DNA of 64,000 nt from Acidimicrobiia bacterium (GTDB taxonomy: Bacteria > Acidobacteriota > Vicinamibacteria > Vicinamibacterales > UBA2999): contig VFZH01000003.1 of assembly GCA_016871255.1 (NCBI GenBank), positions 2,427 through 66,426 of the forward strand, in the 5' to 3' direction. The notes under the pieces were generated by a model that was given only the letters and a program-made list of their open reading frames with translations, was not told the DNA's origin and made no database searches. A program made the position numbers and the translations under genes. Below, one piece after another: positions 39,624 to 48,171 of the stretch. Within the stretch, counting starts at the first letter, position 1, and each line of letters begins with the position of its first letter.

Positions 39624-40175
39624 ATGAGACGAGCCGCACGGGCGGCGTCGGCCATGCTCGCGGCCTTGGCTCTTTCGACCCCGGTATCCGGCCAGGACGC
39701 GGCACTGAAGGCGGGCGACATGGCGCCCGACTTCACGCTGCCGGCCAGCGACGGCCGGACCTACGCGCTCTCGGGACTCCGCGGCCGGCACGTCGTGCTG
39801 GCGTGGTTCCCGAAGGCGTTCACCGCGGGTTGAACGGCCGAGTGCATCTCGCTCCGTGAGAGCGGGCAGAAGATTCGCGGGTTCGACGTCGCGTATTTCA
39901 TGATCAGCACCGACACGCTGGAGGACAACACCGCGTTCGCGAAGAAGGAAAGCGCGGACTTCCCGATCCTGGCGGATCCGACGAAGACCACGGCCGCGAA
40001 GTACGGCGTGCTGCGGGAGTTCCCGAACATCGGGACGCTGCCCAACCGCTGGACGTTCTACATCGGGCCCGACGGGAGGATCCTGCAGATCGAGACGAAG
40101 GTGAACCCGAAGACGGCGGGCGAGGACCTGGTCTCCATCCTCACCGCCCTGAAGGTGCCGGCGGCGAAACCGTAG
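39624..40175 (+). CDS. Secreted AhpC/TSA (Bcp/PrxQ-like) peroxiredoxin with in-frame TGA at the peroxidatic Cys position (candidate selenoprotein; alternatively a pseudogene)
   Basis: AGGAGG SD, ATG at 39624 and a signal peptide. ...[10 protein letters not shown]...[13 protein letters not shown]-[TGA 39831-39833]-TAECISLRE...FMISTD...FPILADP...YGV...[12 protein letters not shown]. Both halves are in the same frame. Confidence 0.6.
39848..39866 (+). promoter_or_regulatory. Candidate bacterial SECIS-like hairpin
   Basis: Stem CUCGCUC (39848-39854) pairs with GAGCGGG (39860-39866), six Watson-Crick pairs plus one GU. Loop CGUGA. The stem begins 14 nt after the UGA. Confidence 0.4.
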
Positions 40176-40285
40176 ACGCGGTTCTCGGCCGGCAACGAAC
40201 AGAACAACGCCCGAGACGTTCCGTGCGCCTCGGGCGTTGCCGCGTACGGGGACCTGCCGGCAGGGGCCAGCCGTGGCTGGCCCGA

Positions 40286-41626
40286 TCAACGCGCCTGCGG
40301 CGTGCGCGTGCCGATCCGGTACAGCGCCGACACCGTCCGGATGAACAGGCTTCCGTCCGCGATGGCCGGTGTGGCCAGCGCCATTTCGCCGAGCGGGTTC
40401 GTGGCGACGACCTCGAACTCCGGTCCCGCCTGGATGACGTAGGTGTCGCCGTCTTCGCTCAGCGCGAACACCCGGCCGTTGTAGGCCCAGGGCGAGGCGG
40501 TGAAGCCGCTGGCTTCGGTTGCCACGCGGCGGCGCGGGTAGATCTCCTTGCCCGTCCGCGCATCGCGCGCCTCGAAGAACCCCCTGTCGTGCAGCGAGTA
40601 GTGGATGTCGCCGTACACGAGCGGCGTCGGGTTGTAGGGCGCCCCGGTCGGATCCGCCCAGGCGATGAACGCGTTCGCGCGCTCCCCGTCCTTCAGCGAG
40701 ATGTCCCCGCTGGCGCCCGGCCGGATGGCGTAGGTCGGCCGCGCCGCGTCGCCGATGTAGCCGGAGCTGATGTAGAGCAGGCCGTGACGCGTGAACGGGG
40801 TCGCGATGGTGATCGACGACATCCCGCGGAACTCCCACAGCAGGGTGCCCGACAGGTCGTACGAGCGCACGCGGTCCGATCCCGCCGTGACGATTTCCGT
40901 GCGCAGGTCGTGCTTCCAGACGAACGGCGTGGACCAGTTGGAGCCCTCGTCCCGGTTCACGCGCCACAGCGCCCTGCCCGTGTTCGCGTCGAAGGCAGCC
41001 AGGAACGACTGCTCTTCGTTGTCGTGCACGACGTAGACCCGGCCGTCGTGCAGCGCGGGCGAGGCTGCCGGGCCCCAGTCGTCGCGCGTCCTGAACGGCC
41101 CGATCTCGCGGGACCACAGGGGCGTGCCCCGCAGGTCGAAGGCGAACAGCCCCAGGTTGCCGAAGTAGAAGACGACACGTTCGCCGTCGGTGACCGCCGT
41201 CTCGGACGCGTAGCTGTTCTTGAGGTGCCTGGAAACACCGGGGGGGGCGCGGTGGACTTCGCGTTCCCAGCGTACCTTCCCCGTCGCCGCGTCGATGTCG
41301 TAGACCATCCAGCGGTGCGGCGCGGAGGGCGTGGCCCCGTTCCCGAGGTAGAGGCCCGGCTTCGGGGCTTCGGTCGGCTCGGGGCTGACGACCGACGTCA
41401 GGAAGACGTGGTCACCCCAGATGACCGGCGATCCCCAGCCGAGGCCAGGAATCTCCGTGCGCCAGATCACGTTCTCCGTGGCGTTCCACCGCTCGGGGAG
41501 CCGCGGGTCGTCCGTGGCGACGCCGGCCGACTCTCCGCGGAACAGCGGCCAGTTGTCCGCGGCCAGCGGCGCGCCAAGGGCCAGGGTCAGCAGGATGGTC
41601 GGGATGATGGAGGGGAGTCTTCTCAT
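40286..41626 (-). CDS. PQQ-like (BamB-type) beta-propeller repeat protein, secreted
   Basis: Signal peptide, then NWPLFRG...VIWRTEIPGLGWGSPVIWGDHVFLTS and repeated propeller blades. Paralog of 56924..58294. Confidence 0.85.
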   Translation of the reverse strand: MRRLPSIIPTILLTLALGAPLAADNWPLFRGESAGVATDDPRLPERWNATENVIWRTEIPGLGWGSPVIWGDHVFLTSVVSPEPTEAPKPGLYLGNGATPSAPHRWMVYDIDAATGKVRWEREVHRAPPGVSRHLKNSYASETAVTDGERVVFYFGNLGLFAFDLRGTPLWSREIGPFRTRDDWGPAASPALHDGRVYVVHDNEEQSFLAAFDANTGRALWRVNRDEGSNWSTPFVWKHDLRTEIVTAGSDRVRSYDLSGTLLWEFRGMSSITIATPFTRHGLLYISSGYIGDAARPTYAIRPGASGDISLKDGERANAFIAWADPTGAPYNPTPLVYGDIHYSLHDRGFFEARDARTGKEIYPRRRVATEASGFTASPWAYNGRVFALSEDGDTYVIQAGPEFEVVATNPLGEMALATPAIADGSLFIRTVSALYRIGTRTPQAR

Positions 41627-41632
41627 GGGGAC

Positions 41633-41638
41633 ATTCTA
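41633..41638 (-). promoter_or_regulatory. -10-like hexamer TAGAAT 6 nt upstream of the ATG (possible leaderless transcript)
   Basis: The minus strand reads TAGAAT-GTCCCC-ATG. Confidence 0.3.
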
Positions 41639-41641
41639 CGG

Positions 41642-41920
41642 CTCACCGGCTCGGCGTTTCGTGCGGCGCTGAACGCGCTGGCCGCCACGTTCTATCCGAC
41701 CTGCCTCCGGTCCACCGGTCTCGGCTGGGCGCTCGGCGTCGGGCGCGCCGGCGCCATTGTCGGTCCCGTGCTGACCGGCGCCTTCATGGCCATGGAGTGG
41801 TCGACGCAGCACATCTTCCTGGCGCTGACTGTCCCGGCCGTCGTGTCCGCCACTGCGATGTACAGCCTCGCCTGGTCCATGCGCCCCGAACATCGAACCG
41901 GGTTGGCTTCTCAGCATTGA
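41642..41920 (+). pseudogene. 3' remnant of an aromatic-acid/H+ symporter-type MFS transporter
   Basis: Only the last ~90 codons are present (ALAATFYPTCLRSTGLGWALGVGRAGAIVGPVLTG...). There is no upstream coding sequence because the 40286 gene starts at 41626. Confidence 0.55.
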
Positions 41921-42000
41921 CAGTCCCCTGAAGGTCCGGCCCGGTTCGATTTTCAGGCTTCGGGGCACCGATCTAAGATCCCCCGGACAGGAGGCCTCAC

Positions 42001-42996
42001 ATGGGTCCGACCGCCGACGCCACGCGCACCGCCGCGATCGACGCCTTCAAGGCGCTGACGTCGCTCGAAGGGCTGGAGTCGGCCGCAGCCACGGTGGACG
42101 CCACGCCGGGCTGGATCCGCCGCGACACGCCGATTCTCTGGCCCGAGATGCACTCGGCGTTCGTGCCGATGCACTGGAGCTACCCCGCGATGAAGGCCGC
42201 GCTCGATGCGGCGACGCGGCTCGTGGGGCTCGATCTCGCCGAGCGGCGGAACCTCGTGCTGAAGAATCCTTCGGTGAAGGGCGACGGCTTCGCCACGCTC
42301 AGCACCCTGCTCTGCGCCTACCAGACGATCCTGCCGGGCGAGGCCGCGCGTTCGCATCGCCACGCCCCGCACGCGCTGCGCGTCATCCTCGAGGCGAAAG
42401 GATCCTTCTCGATCGTCAACGGCGAGAAGACGCCGATGGAGTCGGGCGACATCGTGCTGACGCCAGGGTGGTTCTGGCACGGGCACGGGCACGACGGCAC
42501 GGAGCAGGCCTACTGGGTGGACGGCCTCGACGTGCCGCTCGTGCACCTGCTCGAGCCGATGTTCTTCCAGCCGCACCCGCAGGAGTACGAACCGGTCGTG
42601 CGCACCGTGTCGAAGTCGCCGATGCGGTTCGCGTGGGCCGACACCGTGGCGGCGCTCGCCGGCGCGGCCGCCGACTCCGCGGGTCACTTCGGTCCCACGC
42701 TCGACCTGGCCGCTCCCGACATGCCCACGCTGACGCTGAAGGTGCACCGGTGGGCGAGAGGCTGGAAGGGGCGTCCGTTCCGCCAGACGGCGAACGTGGT
42801 CTACGTGGTCATGGACGGCCACGGCTGCTCGACGATCGGCGACCGCACGGTCGAGTGGGGGTTCGGCGACGTGATAGCGGCGCCCGGGTGGTGCCGGGTC
42901 GAGCACCAGGCGTCGGCCGACAGCGTGGTGTTCGCGATGAGCGACGAGCAGCTCATGCGGTGGACGAAGTACTACCGGATCGAGGCGGTGGCCTGA
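42001..42996 (+). CDS. Gentisate 1,2-dioxygenase-like bicupin dioxygenase
   Basis: AGGAGG SD. LPGEAARSHRHAPHALRVILEAKG...GDIVLTPGWFWHGHGHDG...WVDGLDVPL pattern. Confidence 0.8.
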   Translation: MGPTADATRTAAIDAFKALTSLEGLESAAATVDATPGWIRRDTPILWPEMHSAFVPMHWSYPAMKAALDAATRLVGLDLAERRNLVLKNPSVKGDGFATLSTLLCAYQTILPGEAARSHRHAPHALRVILEAKGSFSIVNGEKTPMESGDIVLTPGWFWHGHGHDGTEQAYWVDGLDVPLVHLLEPMFFQPHPQEYEPVVRTVSKSPMRFAWADTVAALAGAAADSAGHFGPTLDLAAPDMPTLTLKVHRWARGWKGRPFRQTANVVYVVMDGHGCSTIGDRTVEWGFGDVIAAPGWCRVEHQASADSVVFAMSDEQLMRWTKYYRIEAVA

Positions 42997-44189
42997 TGGC
43001 GGAGAAGCCACCGCTGGACGGCGTCCGCGTCATCGAGATGGGGACGCTGATTGCCGGTCCTTACGCCGCGTGCCTGCTCGGGCACTTCGGCGCCGAAGTC
43101 ATCAAGATCGAGACGCCCGGCGAGGGCGATCCCCTGCGGAAGTGGCGGACGCTCCACGCGGGCACGTCGTACTGGTGGTATTCGCACAGCCGGAACAAGA
43201 AGTCGGTCACCGTCGATCTCAAGGCGGCCGAGGGGCAGGCGATCGTCCGGAAGCTGGCCGCCACGGCCGACATCGTCGTCGAGAACTTCCGGCCCGGCGT
43301 GATGGAGCAGTGGGGGCTGGGGTGGGAGCCGCTCTCCGCCGCGAACCCGTCGCTCATCATGCTCCGCATCTCCGGCTACGGACAGACGGGCCCGTATCGC
43401 GATCGCCCCGGGTTCGGCGCCATCGCTGAGGCGATGGGCGGCCTGCGCTACGTCACCGGCTATCCCGACCTGCCGCCCGTGCGCGTCGGCGTCAGCATCG
43501 GCGACACGCTGTCGGCGCTCTACGGCGTGGTGGGTGCGCTGCTGGCGATGCGGCACCTGCAGCAGGGCGGCAGGGGGCAGGTGATCGACGTGGCGCTCTA
43601 CGAGGCGGTGTTCAGCGTGATGGAGAGCCTGATTCCCGAGTTCTCGGCCACCGGGTTCGTGCGGGAGCGGACCGGCCCGCGGCTCGCGGGGATCTCGCCG
43701 TCGAGCACCTATCTCTGTCGCGACGGCAGCTACGTCGTGATTGCCGGCAACGCCGACAGCATCTACAAGCGGCTGATGACGGCCATTGGCTGCGGCGATC
43801 TGGCGGAAGACCCGCGGCTGGCGCACAACGACGGGCGCGCCAGGCACAACGACCTGATCGACACGGCCATCGGCGACTGGACCGCCGACCGCGATCTGCC
43901 GGAGGTGCTGGCGGTGCTGGAGCAGGCGCGCGTGCCGACCGGGAAGATCTACACCGCCGCCGACGTCGCCGCCGATCCGCACTTCCGCGCGCGAGACATG
44001 CTGCAGTCCGTCACGCTGCCCGACGGCAAGCAGTTCCAGATCCCGGGCATCGTGCCGAAGCTGAGCGAGACGCCCGGCGGCACCAGGTGGCTCGGGCCGA
44101 AGCTGGGCGAGCACACCCAAGACGTGCTTGCCACGATCGGGATCGAAGGCGCCGAACTGGACGACCTCCGCGCGCGGGGGATCGTCTAG
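42996..44189 (+). CDS. CaiB/BaiF family (class III) CoA-transferase
   Basis: LDGVRVIEMGTLIAGPYAACLLGHFGAEVIKIE...VVENFRPGVMEQWGLG... The start overlaps the preceding stop (TGATG). Confidence 0.9.
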   Translation: MAEKPPLDGVRVIEMGTLIAGPYAACLLGHFGAEVIKIETPGEGDPLRKWRTLHAGTSYWWYSHSRNKKSVTVDLKAAEGQAIVRKLAATADIVVENFRPGVMEQWGLGWEPLSAANPSLIMLRISGYGQTGPYRDRPGFGAIAEAMGGLRYVTGYPDLPPVRVGVSIGDTLSALYGVVGALLAMRHLQQGGRGQVIDVALYEAVFSVMESLIPEFSATGFVRERTGPRLAGISPSSTYLCRDGSYVVIAGNADSIYKRLMTAIGCGDLAEDPRLAHNDGRARHNDLIDTAIGDWTADRDLPEVLAVLEQARVPTGKIYTAADVAADPHFRARDMLQSVTLPDGKQFQIPGIVPKLSETPGGTRWLGPKLGEHTQDVLATIGIEGAELDDLRARGIV

Positions 44190-44241
44190 TCCTCTGGAAA
44201 CGTGATGAGTTGTGTGACTGATCACGTTTCCAGAGGACTAG
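44186..44241. repeat. 56-bp perfect palindromic element (21-nt arms, 14-nt loop), short copy of the 26866 element
   Basis: CTAGTCCTCTGGAAACGTGAT-GAGTTGTGTGACTG-ATCACGTTTCCAGAGGACTAG. The left CTAG contains the CoA-transferase TAG stop and the right CTAG contains the GlcG-like gene's stop. Confidence 0.85.
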
Positions 44242-44663
44242 CCCAGCAGCGCGAGCGCCGCCTTCGCGCACGCCATGTCCTGGCTGTAGTGGCCGCCCGA
44301 GACGCCGATGCCCCCGACAACCTGGCCGTCGATCTGGATCGGGTAGCCGCCGCCGAAGACGATCAGCCGGGGGACCTTGGTGATGCCGTCGAGGAGCGGC
44401 GGGTCGTTCTTGATGAAGTCGTGCCACGCGTCGGTCGGGATGCCGAAGCTCACCGCCGTCCACGCCTTGTCCTTCGCGATGTCGATGGCCAGCATCGGCG
44501 CGCCGTCCATCCTCGAGAAGCACTTCAGGAGCCCGCTCTCGTCCACGACCGCGACGCAGACGTTGAGTTCGAGCTCGACGGCTTTCTGCTGAGCTTTCTG
44601 CACGAGTTCGAGCGCGAGCCCGGCGGTGATGGAACTCTTGGCGAAGGTGGTCGACTTGTTCAT
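44238..44663 (-). CDS. GlcG/HbpS-like (DUF336) haem-binding protein
   Basis: MNKSTTFAKSSITAGLALELVQKA...VCVAVVDESG...AIDIAKDKAWTAVSFG...GGGYPI...GGIGVSGG. Confidence 0.8.
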   Translation of the reverse strand: MNKSTTFAKSSITAGLALELVQKAQQKAVELELNVCVAVVDESGLLKCFSRMDGAPMLAIDIAKDKAWTAVSFGIPTDAWHDFIKNDPPLLDGITKVPRLIVFGGGYPIQIDGQVVGGIGVSGGHYSQDMACAKAALALLG

Positions 44664-44778
44664 GCGTCCTCCCGTGCGTGGCTGGAAGGGCGAGCCCCTC
44701 GGAGCCGGTGGAGGCGGGATGTTAGCACGCGGGCGGTCCGTCGTTGACGGCCGGTGCGGGTGGCGGGCGAGGTGACCG

Positions 44779-47700
44779 GTGCAGCGGATTGGTGAGCGCG
44801 TGCTCTTCTCTCCAAGCGATCTCAACCACTTCCTGGAGTGCCGGCACCTGATCCGCCTGGAACTGGCGCGCGAGCCTGGTGCGCCGCGTGCGCCCCGTGG
44901 TGGGCACGCCGACTTGCTGGCGGAGAAAGGCGCCGAACATGAGCGCGCATGGCTCGCCCGGTTCCGGGACGAAGGCCGGCGCGTTGTCGCGATCGAACCG
45001 GCCGGGGCCGAACGCGACTGGCAGGCGGACGCCGCGCGCACGATCGCGGCGATGAAGGCCGGGGCAGACGTCATCTACCAGGGCGTCTTCGCGGCCGGCG
45101 ACTGGCACGGGATCAGCGACTTCCTGGTGCGCGTGGAGCGGCCGACGAGCCTCGGCGCGTGGGGCTACGAGGCGTGGGACACGAAGCTGGCGCGGCGCGC
45201 GAAGCCGTACTTCGTGCTGCAGCTCTGCTTCTACACGGCGGAGATCGCGCGCATCCAGGGCGCCGATCCCGGCGAGATGGTGATCGTCCTCGGCACCGGG
45301 GAGCACGAGCGGCTGCGCTACCGCGACTTCGCCGCGTACTGGCGCGCCGTGCGCGGCAGCTTCCTGGAGGCCGTGGGCGACGATGTGCGCACCTACCCGT
45401 ATCCCGTGGAGCACTGCAGCCTGTGCGATCACCAGGTCGCGTGCGCCCGCCGCCGGGAAGAGGACGACCATCTGAGCCTTGTGGCCGGCATCCGGCGCGA
45501 TCAGGTGGAACGCCTCAACGAAGCCGGCATCACGACGGTGTCCGCGCTCGCCGGCATCGACCTCGGTCGTCGCGTCGGTATCGGCGACGTCGTGCTGGCC
45601 CGCCTGCGCGAGCAGGCGGCGCTCCAGTCCGGCTTCCGCCGGACCGGCGCGCATCGCTACGAGCTGCTCCCGGTGGACGAGCGGACCGGGTTCCGCCTCC
45701 TTCCGCAGCCCTCGGCCGGTGATCTCTTCTTCGACATCGAGGGGGACCCCTGGTTCGAGCCGCGCCGCGGCCTCGAGTACCTGTTCGGCGTGATGACCGT
45801 GGATGACGGGTCGCCGAGGTTCGAGGGGCTGCGGGCGCTGACGCGCGACGGGGAGAAGCGCGGGTTCGAGCGCTTCGTGGACCTGGTCCACGAGCGCCTG
45901 GAGCGGTGGCCGGACCTGCACGTCTACCACTACGCCGCGTACGAGACGACCGCGCTCCGGAGGCTGATGAGCGAGCACCGGACGCGCGAAGAGGAGCTGG
46001 ATGCACTGCTGCGGCGCGAAGTGTTCGTGGACCTGTACCAGGTGGTTCGCCAATCCATGCGCATCTCGCACCCGAGCTACTCGATCAAGTCCGTCCGCAC
46101 CTTCTTCATGGACGACGCCGGCCGGGGCGCCGTGGCGACCGGGGGGGATTCCATCCTGGAGTTCGAGCGCTGGCGCCGCACGGGCGACGCCGCCATCCTG
46201 GACGCCATCGTCGACTACAACCGCGAGGACTGCCTGTCCACCGTGCGGCTGCGCGACTGGCTGCTCGATCGGAAGGCCGAGGCCGAGCAGGCGTCCGGCC
46301 GGTCGATCGCGTGGAAGAGGGTCGGCGAGTCGAAGGTCACCGAGGAGCGCGAAGCCGCCGATGCGAAGACGGCGGCGCGGGTCGAAGCGTTGCGGGCGAT
46401 CGGATCCGGAGGGGCGGTGCTGCTGGCCGACCTGCTGGACTACCACGCGCGCGAAGCGAAGCCGGAGTGGTGGGCGTACTTCGATCGGCGGAAGAAGTCG
46501 CTGGACGATCTGGTGGACGACACCGAGGCGATCGCGTGGCTGAGCGCCGCCGGTGACGAGGCGCCTGCACCGGAGAAGCAATCGATCGTGTATCCGCTCG
46601 ACTTCCCCGAGCAGGAGTACAAGCTGTCGGCCAGCAGGAAGAGTCAGCTCGAGGATCCGTTCAGGGGGGCGTCGGCGGGCACCGCGATCCGTATCGCCGG
46701 CGACCGCCGCCGGTTGCACCTGAAGCGGGGCCCCACGCTAGCCGGTGTGCCGCTGCCCGCTGCGGTCGCCAGGGGGCGCCCCATTCCTGACTTCGTCCAG
46801 AGGGACGCGCTCGCGCGCCTCGCGGAGGCGGTGCTCGCGGGCGGCGCGCCGTATCCGGCGGCACGAGCGCTCCTCGCGCGCCAGCGACCGCGGATTCGCG
46901 GGCGTCGTCCGGGCGCGCGGATTCAGACGATGGATCTCGACGAGCAGCGCGCGCTGGTCGCCGCGCTCGACGGGAGCTGCCTCTTCGTCCAGGGGCCGCC
47001 CGGCTCCGGCAAGACGTGGACCGGCGCGCGGCTCATCGTGTCGCTCATCAGCGCCGGGCAGCGGATCGGCGTGTCCGCGCTGAGCCACAAGGCGATCAAC
47101 AACCTGCTCGCCGAGGTCGAACGCGTGGCGCGCGACTCCGGCGTGCGCTTCACGGGCCTCAAGAAGTGCACGGATGACGACGACCGGTTCGACGGCGCCT
47201 GGATCGAGAACGTGATGACGAACGAGGCGTGCGATACCGCGGACGTGTCGCTCGTGGCCGGGACCTCGTGGCTCTTCGCGCGTCCCGCCATGGAAGGGCG
47301 GATCGACTGCCTGTTCGTGGACGAGGCCGGCCAGTTGTCGCTCGCCGACACCCTGGCGATGGCCACGTGTGCCGGCAACCTGGTCCTGCTCGGTGACCCG
47401 CAGCAGCTGCCGCAGATTCAGCAGGGCGTGCATCCCGGGGAGTCGGGGCGATCCGCGCTCGAGCACCTGCTCGGCGATGCCGAAACGGTCCCTGAAGACC
47501 GGGGCATCTTTCAGGAGCGCACCTACCGGATGCACCCGGACGTCTGCCGTTTCATCTCGGATCTGTCGTACGAGGGGCGCCTCCGGAGCGCCGACGGGTG
47601 CGAGCGCCAGCGGGTGTCCTCGCGGGGACTCTCGGGCGCCGGCTTGCGGTACGTCGCCGTAGAGCACCAGGGCAACGCGCAGGTCTCGCGTGAGGAAGCC

Positions 47701-48141
47701 GACGCGATCGGCCGCGAGGTGGCGCACCTGCTCGACGGCGGCACGTTCACCGACGTCGCGGGCCGCACGCGGCCGCTGACGCCGGGAGACATCCTGGTGG
47801 TGGCGCCGTACAACATCCAGGTCCGCTGCCTGCGCGAGCGGCTGCCCGTTGGCGTCGAGGCCGGCACCGTGGACCGGTTCCAGGGGCGGGAGGCGCCGGT
47901 GGTGTTCTACTCGATGGCCTCGTCGAGCGGCGAGGACGTGCCGCGCGGGCTGGAGTTCCTGTTCGGCCGCAACCGGCTGAACGTGGCGATCTCCCGCGCG
48001 CGGGCGCTGGCCGTGCTGGTCTGCAGCTCCCGGCTGCTCGAGACCCGTTGCCACAGCCTCGACCAGATGCGCCTGGTGAACCACATGTGCCGGCTGGCGG
48101 AAGACGCCGCCGTGGGCCGCACGTTGACTCCCCGGGCGTAA
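44779..48141 (+). CDS. Fusion protein: RecB/Cas4-like PD-(D/E)xK nuclease (TM0106-type) + RNase-H-like exonuclease domain + SF1 (Upf1-like) helicase
   Basis: N-terminus: FLECRH...GISDFLV...YEAWDTKLA...CSLCDHQVAC. Middle: FFDIEGDPWF, YHYAAYE, YNREDCLST. C-terminus: GPPGSGKT, VDEAGQ, GDPQQLPQI, YRMHP, VDRFQGRE, NVAISRAR. Confidence 0.85.
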   Translation: MQRIGERVLFSPSDLNHFLECRHLIRLELAREPGAPRAPRGGHADLLAEKGAEHERAWLARFRDEGRRVVAIEPAGAERDWQADAARTIAAMKAGADVIYQGVFAAGDWHGISDFLVRVERPTSLGAWGYEAWDTKLARRAKPYFVLQLCFYTAEIARIQGADPGEMVIVLGTGEHERLRYRDFAAYWRAVRGSFLEAVGDDVRTYPYPVEHCSLCDHQVACARRREEDDHLSLVAGIRRDQVERLNEAGITTVSALAGIDLGRRVGIGDVVLARLREQAALQSGFRRTGAHRYELLPVDERTGFRLLPQPSAGDLFFDIEGDPWFEPRRGLEYLFGVMTVDDGSPRFEGLRALTRDGEKRGFERFVDLVHERLERWPDLHVYHYAAYETTALRRLMSEHRTREEELDALLRREVFVDLYQVVRQSMRISHPSYSIKSVRTFFMDDAGRGAVATGGDSILEFERWRRTGDAAILDAIVDYNREDCLSTVRLRDWLLDRKAEAEQASGRSIAWKRVGESKVTEEREAADAKTAARVEALRAIGSGGAVLLADLLDYHAREAKPEWWAYFDRRKKSLDDLVDDTEAIAWLSAAGDEAPAPEKQSIVYPLDFPEQEYKLSASRKSQLEDPFRGASAGTAIRIAGDRRRLHLKRGPTLAGVPLPAAVARGRPIPDFVQRDALARLAEAVLAGGAPYPAARALLARQRPRIRGRRPGARIQTMDLDEQRALVAALDGSCLFVQGPPGSGKTWTGARLIVSLISAGQRIGVSALSHKAINNLLAEVERVARDSGVRFTGLKKCTDDDDRFDGAWIENVMTNEACDTADVSLVAGTSWLFARPAMEGRIDCLFVDEAGQLSLADTLAMATCAGNLVLLGDPQQLPQIQQGVHPGESGRSALEHLLGDAETVPEDRGIFQERTYRMHPDVCRFISDLSYEGRLRSADGCERQRVSSRGLSGAGLRYVAVEHQGNAQVSREEADAIGREVAHLLDGGTFTDVAGRTRPLTPGDILVVAPYNIQVRCLRERLPVGVEAGTVDRFQGREAPVVFYSMASSSGEDVPRGLEFLFGRNRLNVAISRARALAVLVCSSRLLETRCHSLDQMRLVNHMCRLAEDAAVGRTLTPRA

Positions 48142-48171
48142 GATGATATCTTACGCTCCGTGCGGACCAGG

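Noticed and set aside
37623-41117. 1164-aa minus-strand ORF in the track, and similar very long ORFs (2376..3704 +, 8601..10268 +, 47907..50249 -, 61420..63507 -, 59426..61153 -, 35713..37056 -).
   Set aside because: Their products are Arg/Ala/Pro/Gly-rich low-complexity translations that lie antisense or out of frame to genes with clear family signatures. This is the typical high-GC open-frame artefact. The 1164-aa ORF is only real from 39512 downwards (the GCS2-CBS gene). Its upstream part is antisense to the peroxiredoxin and propeller genes.
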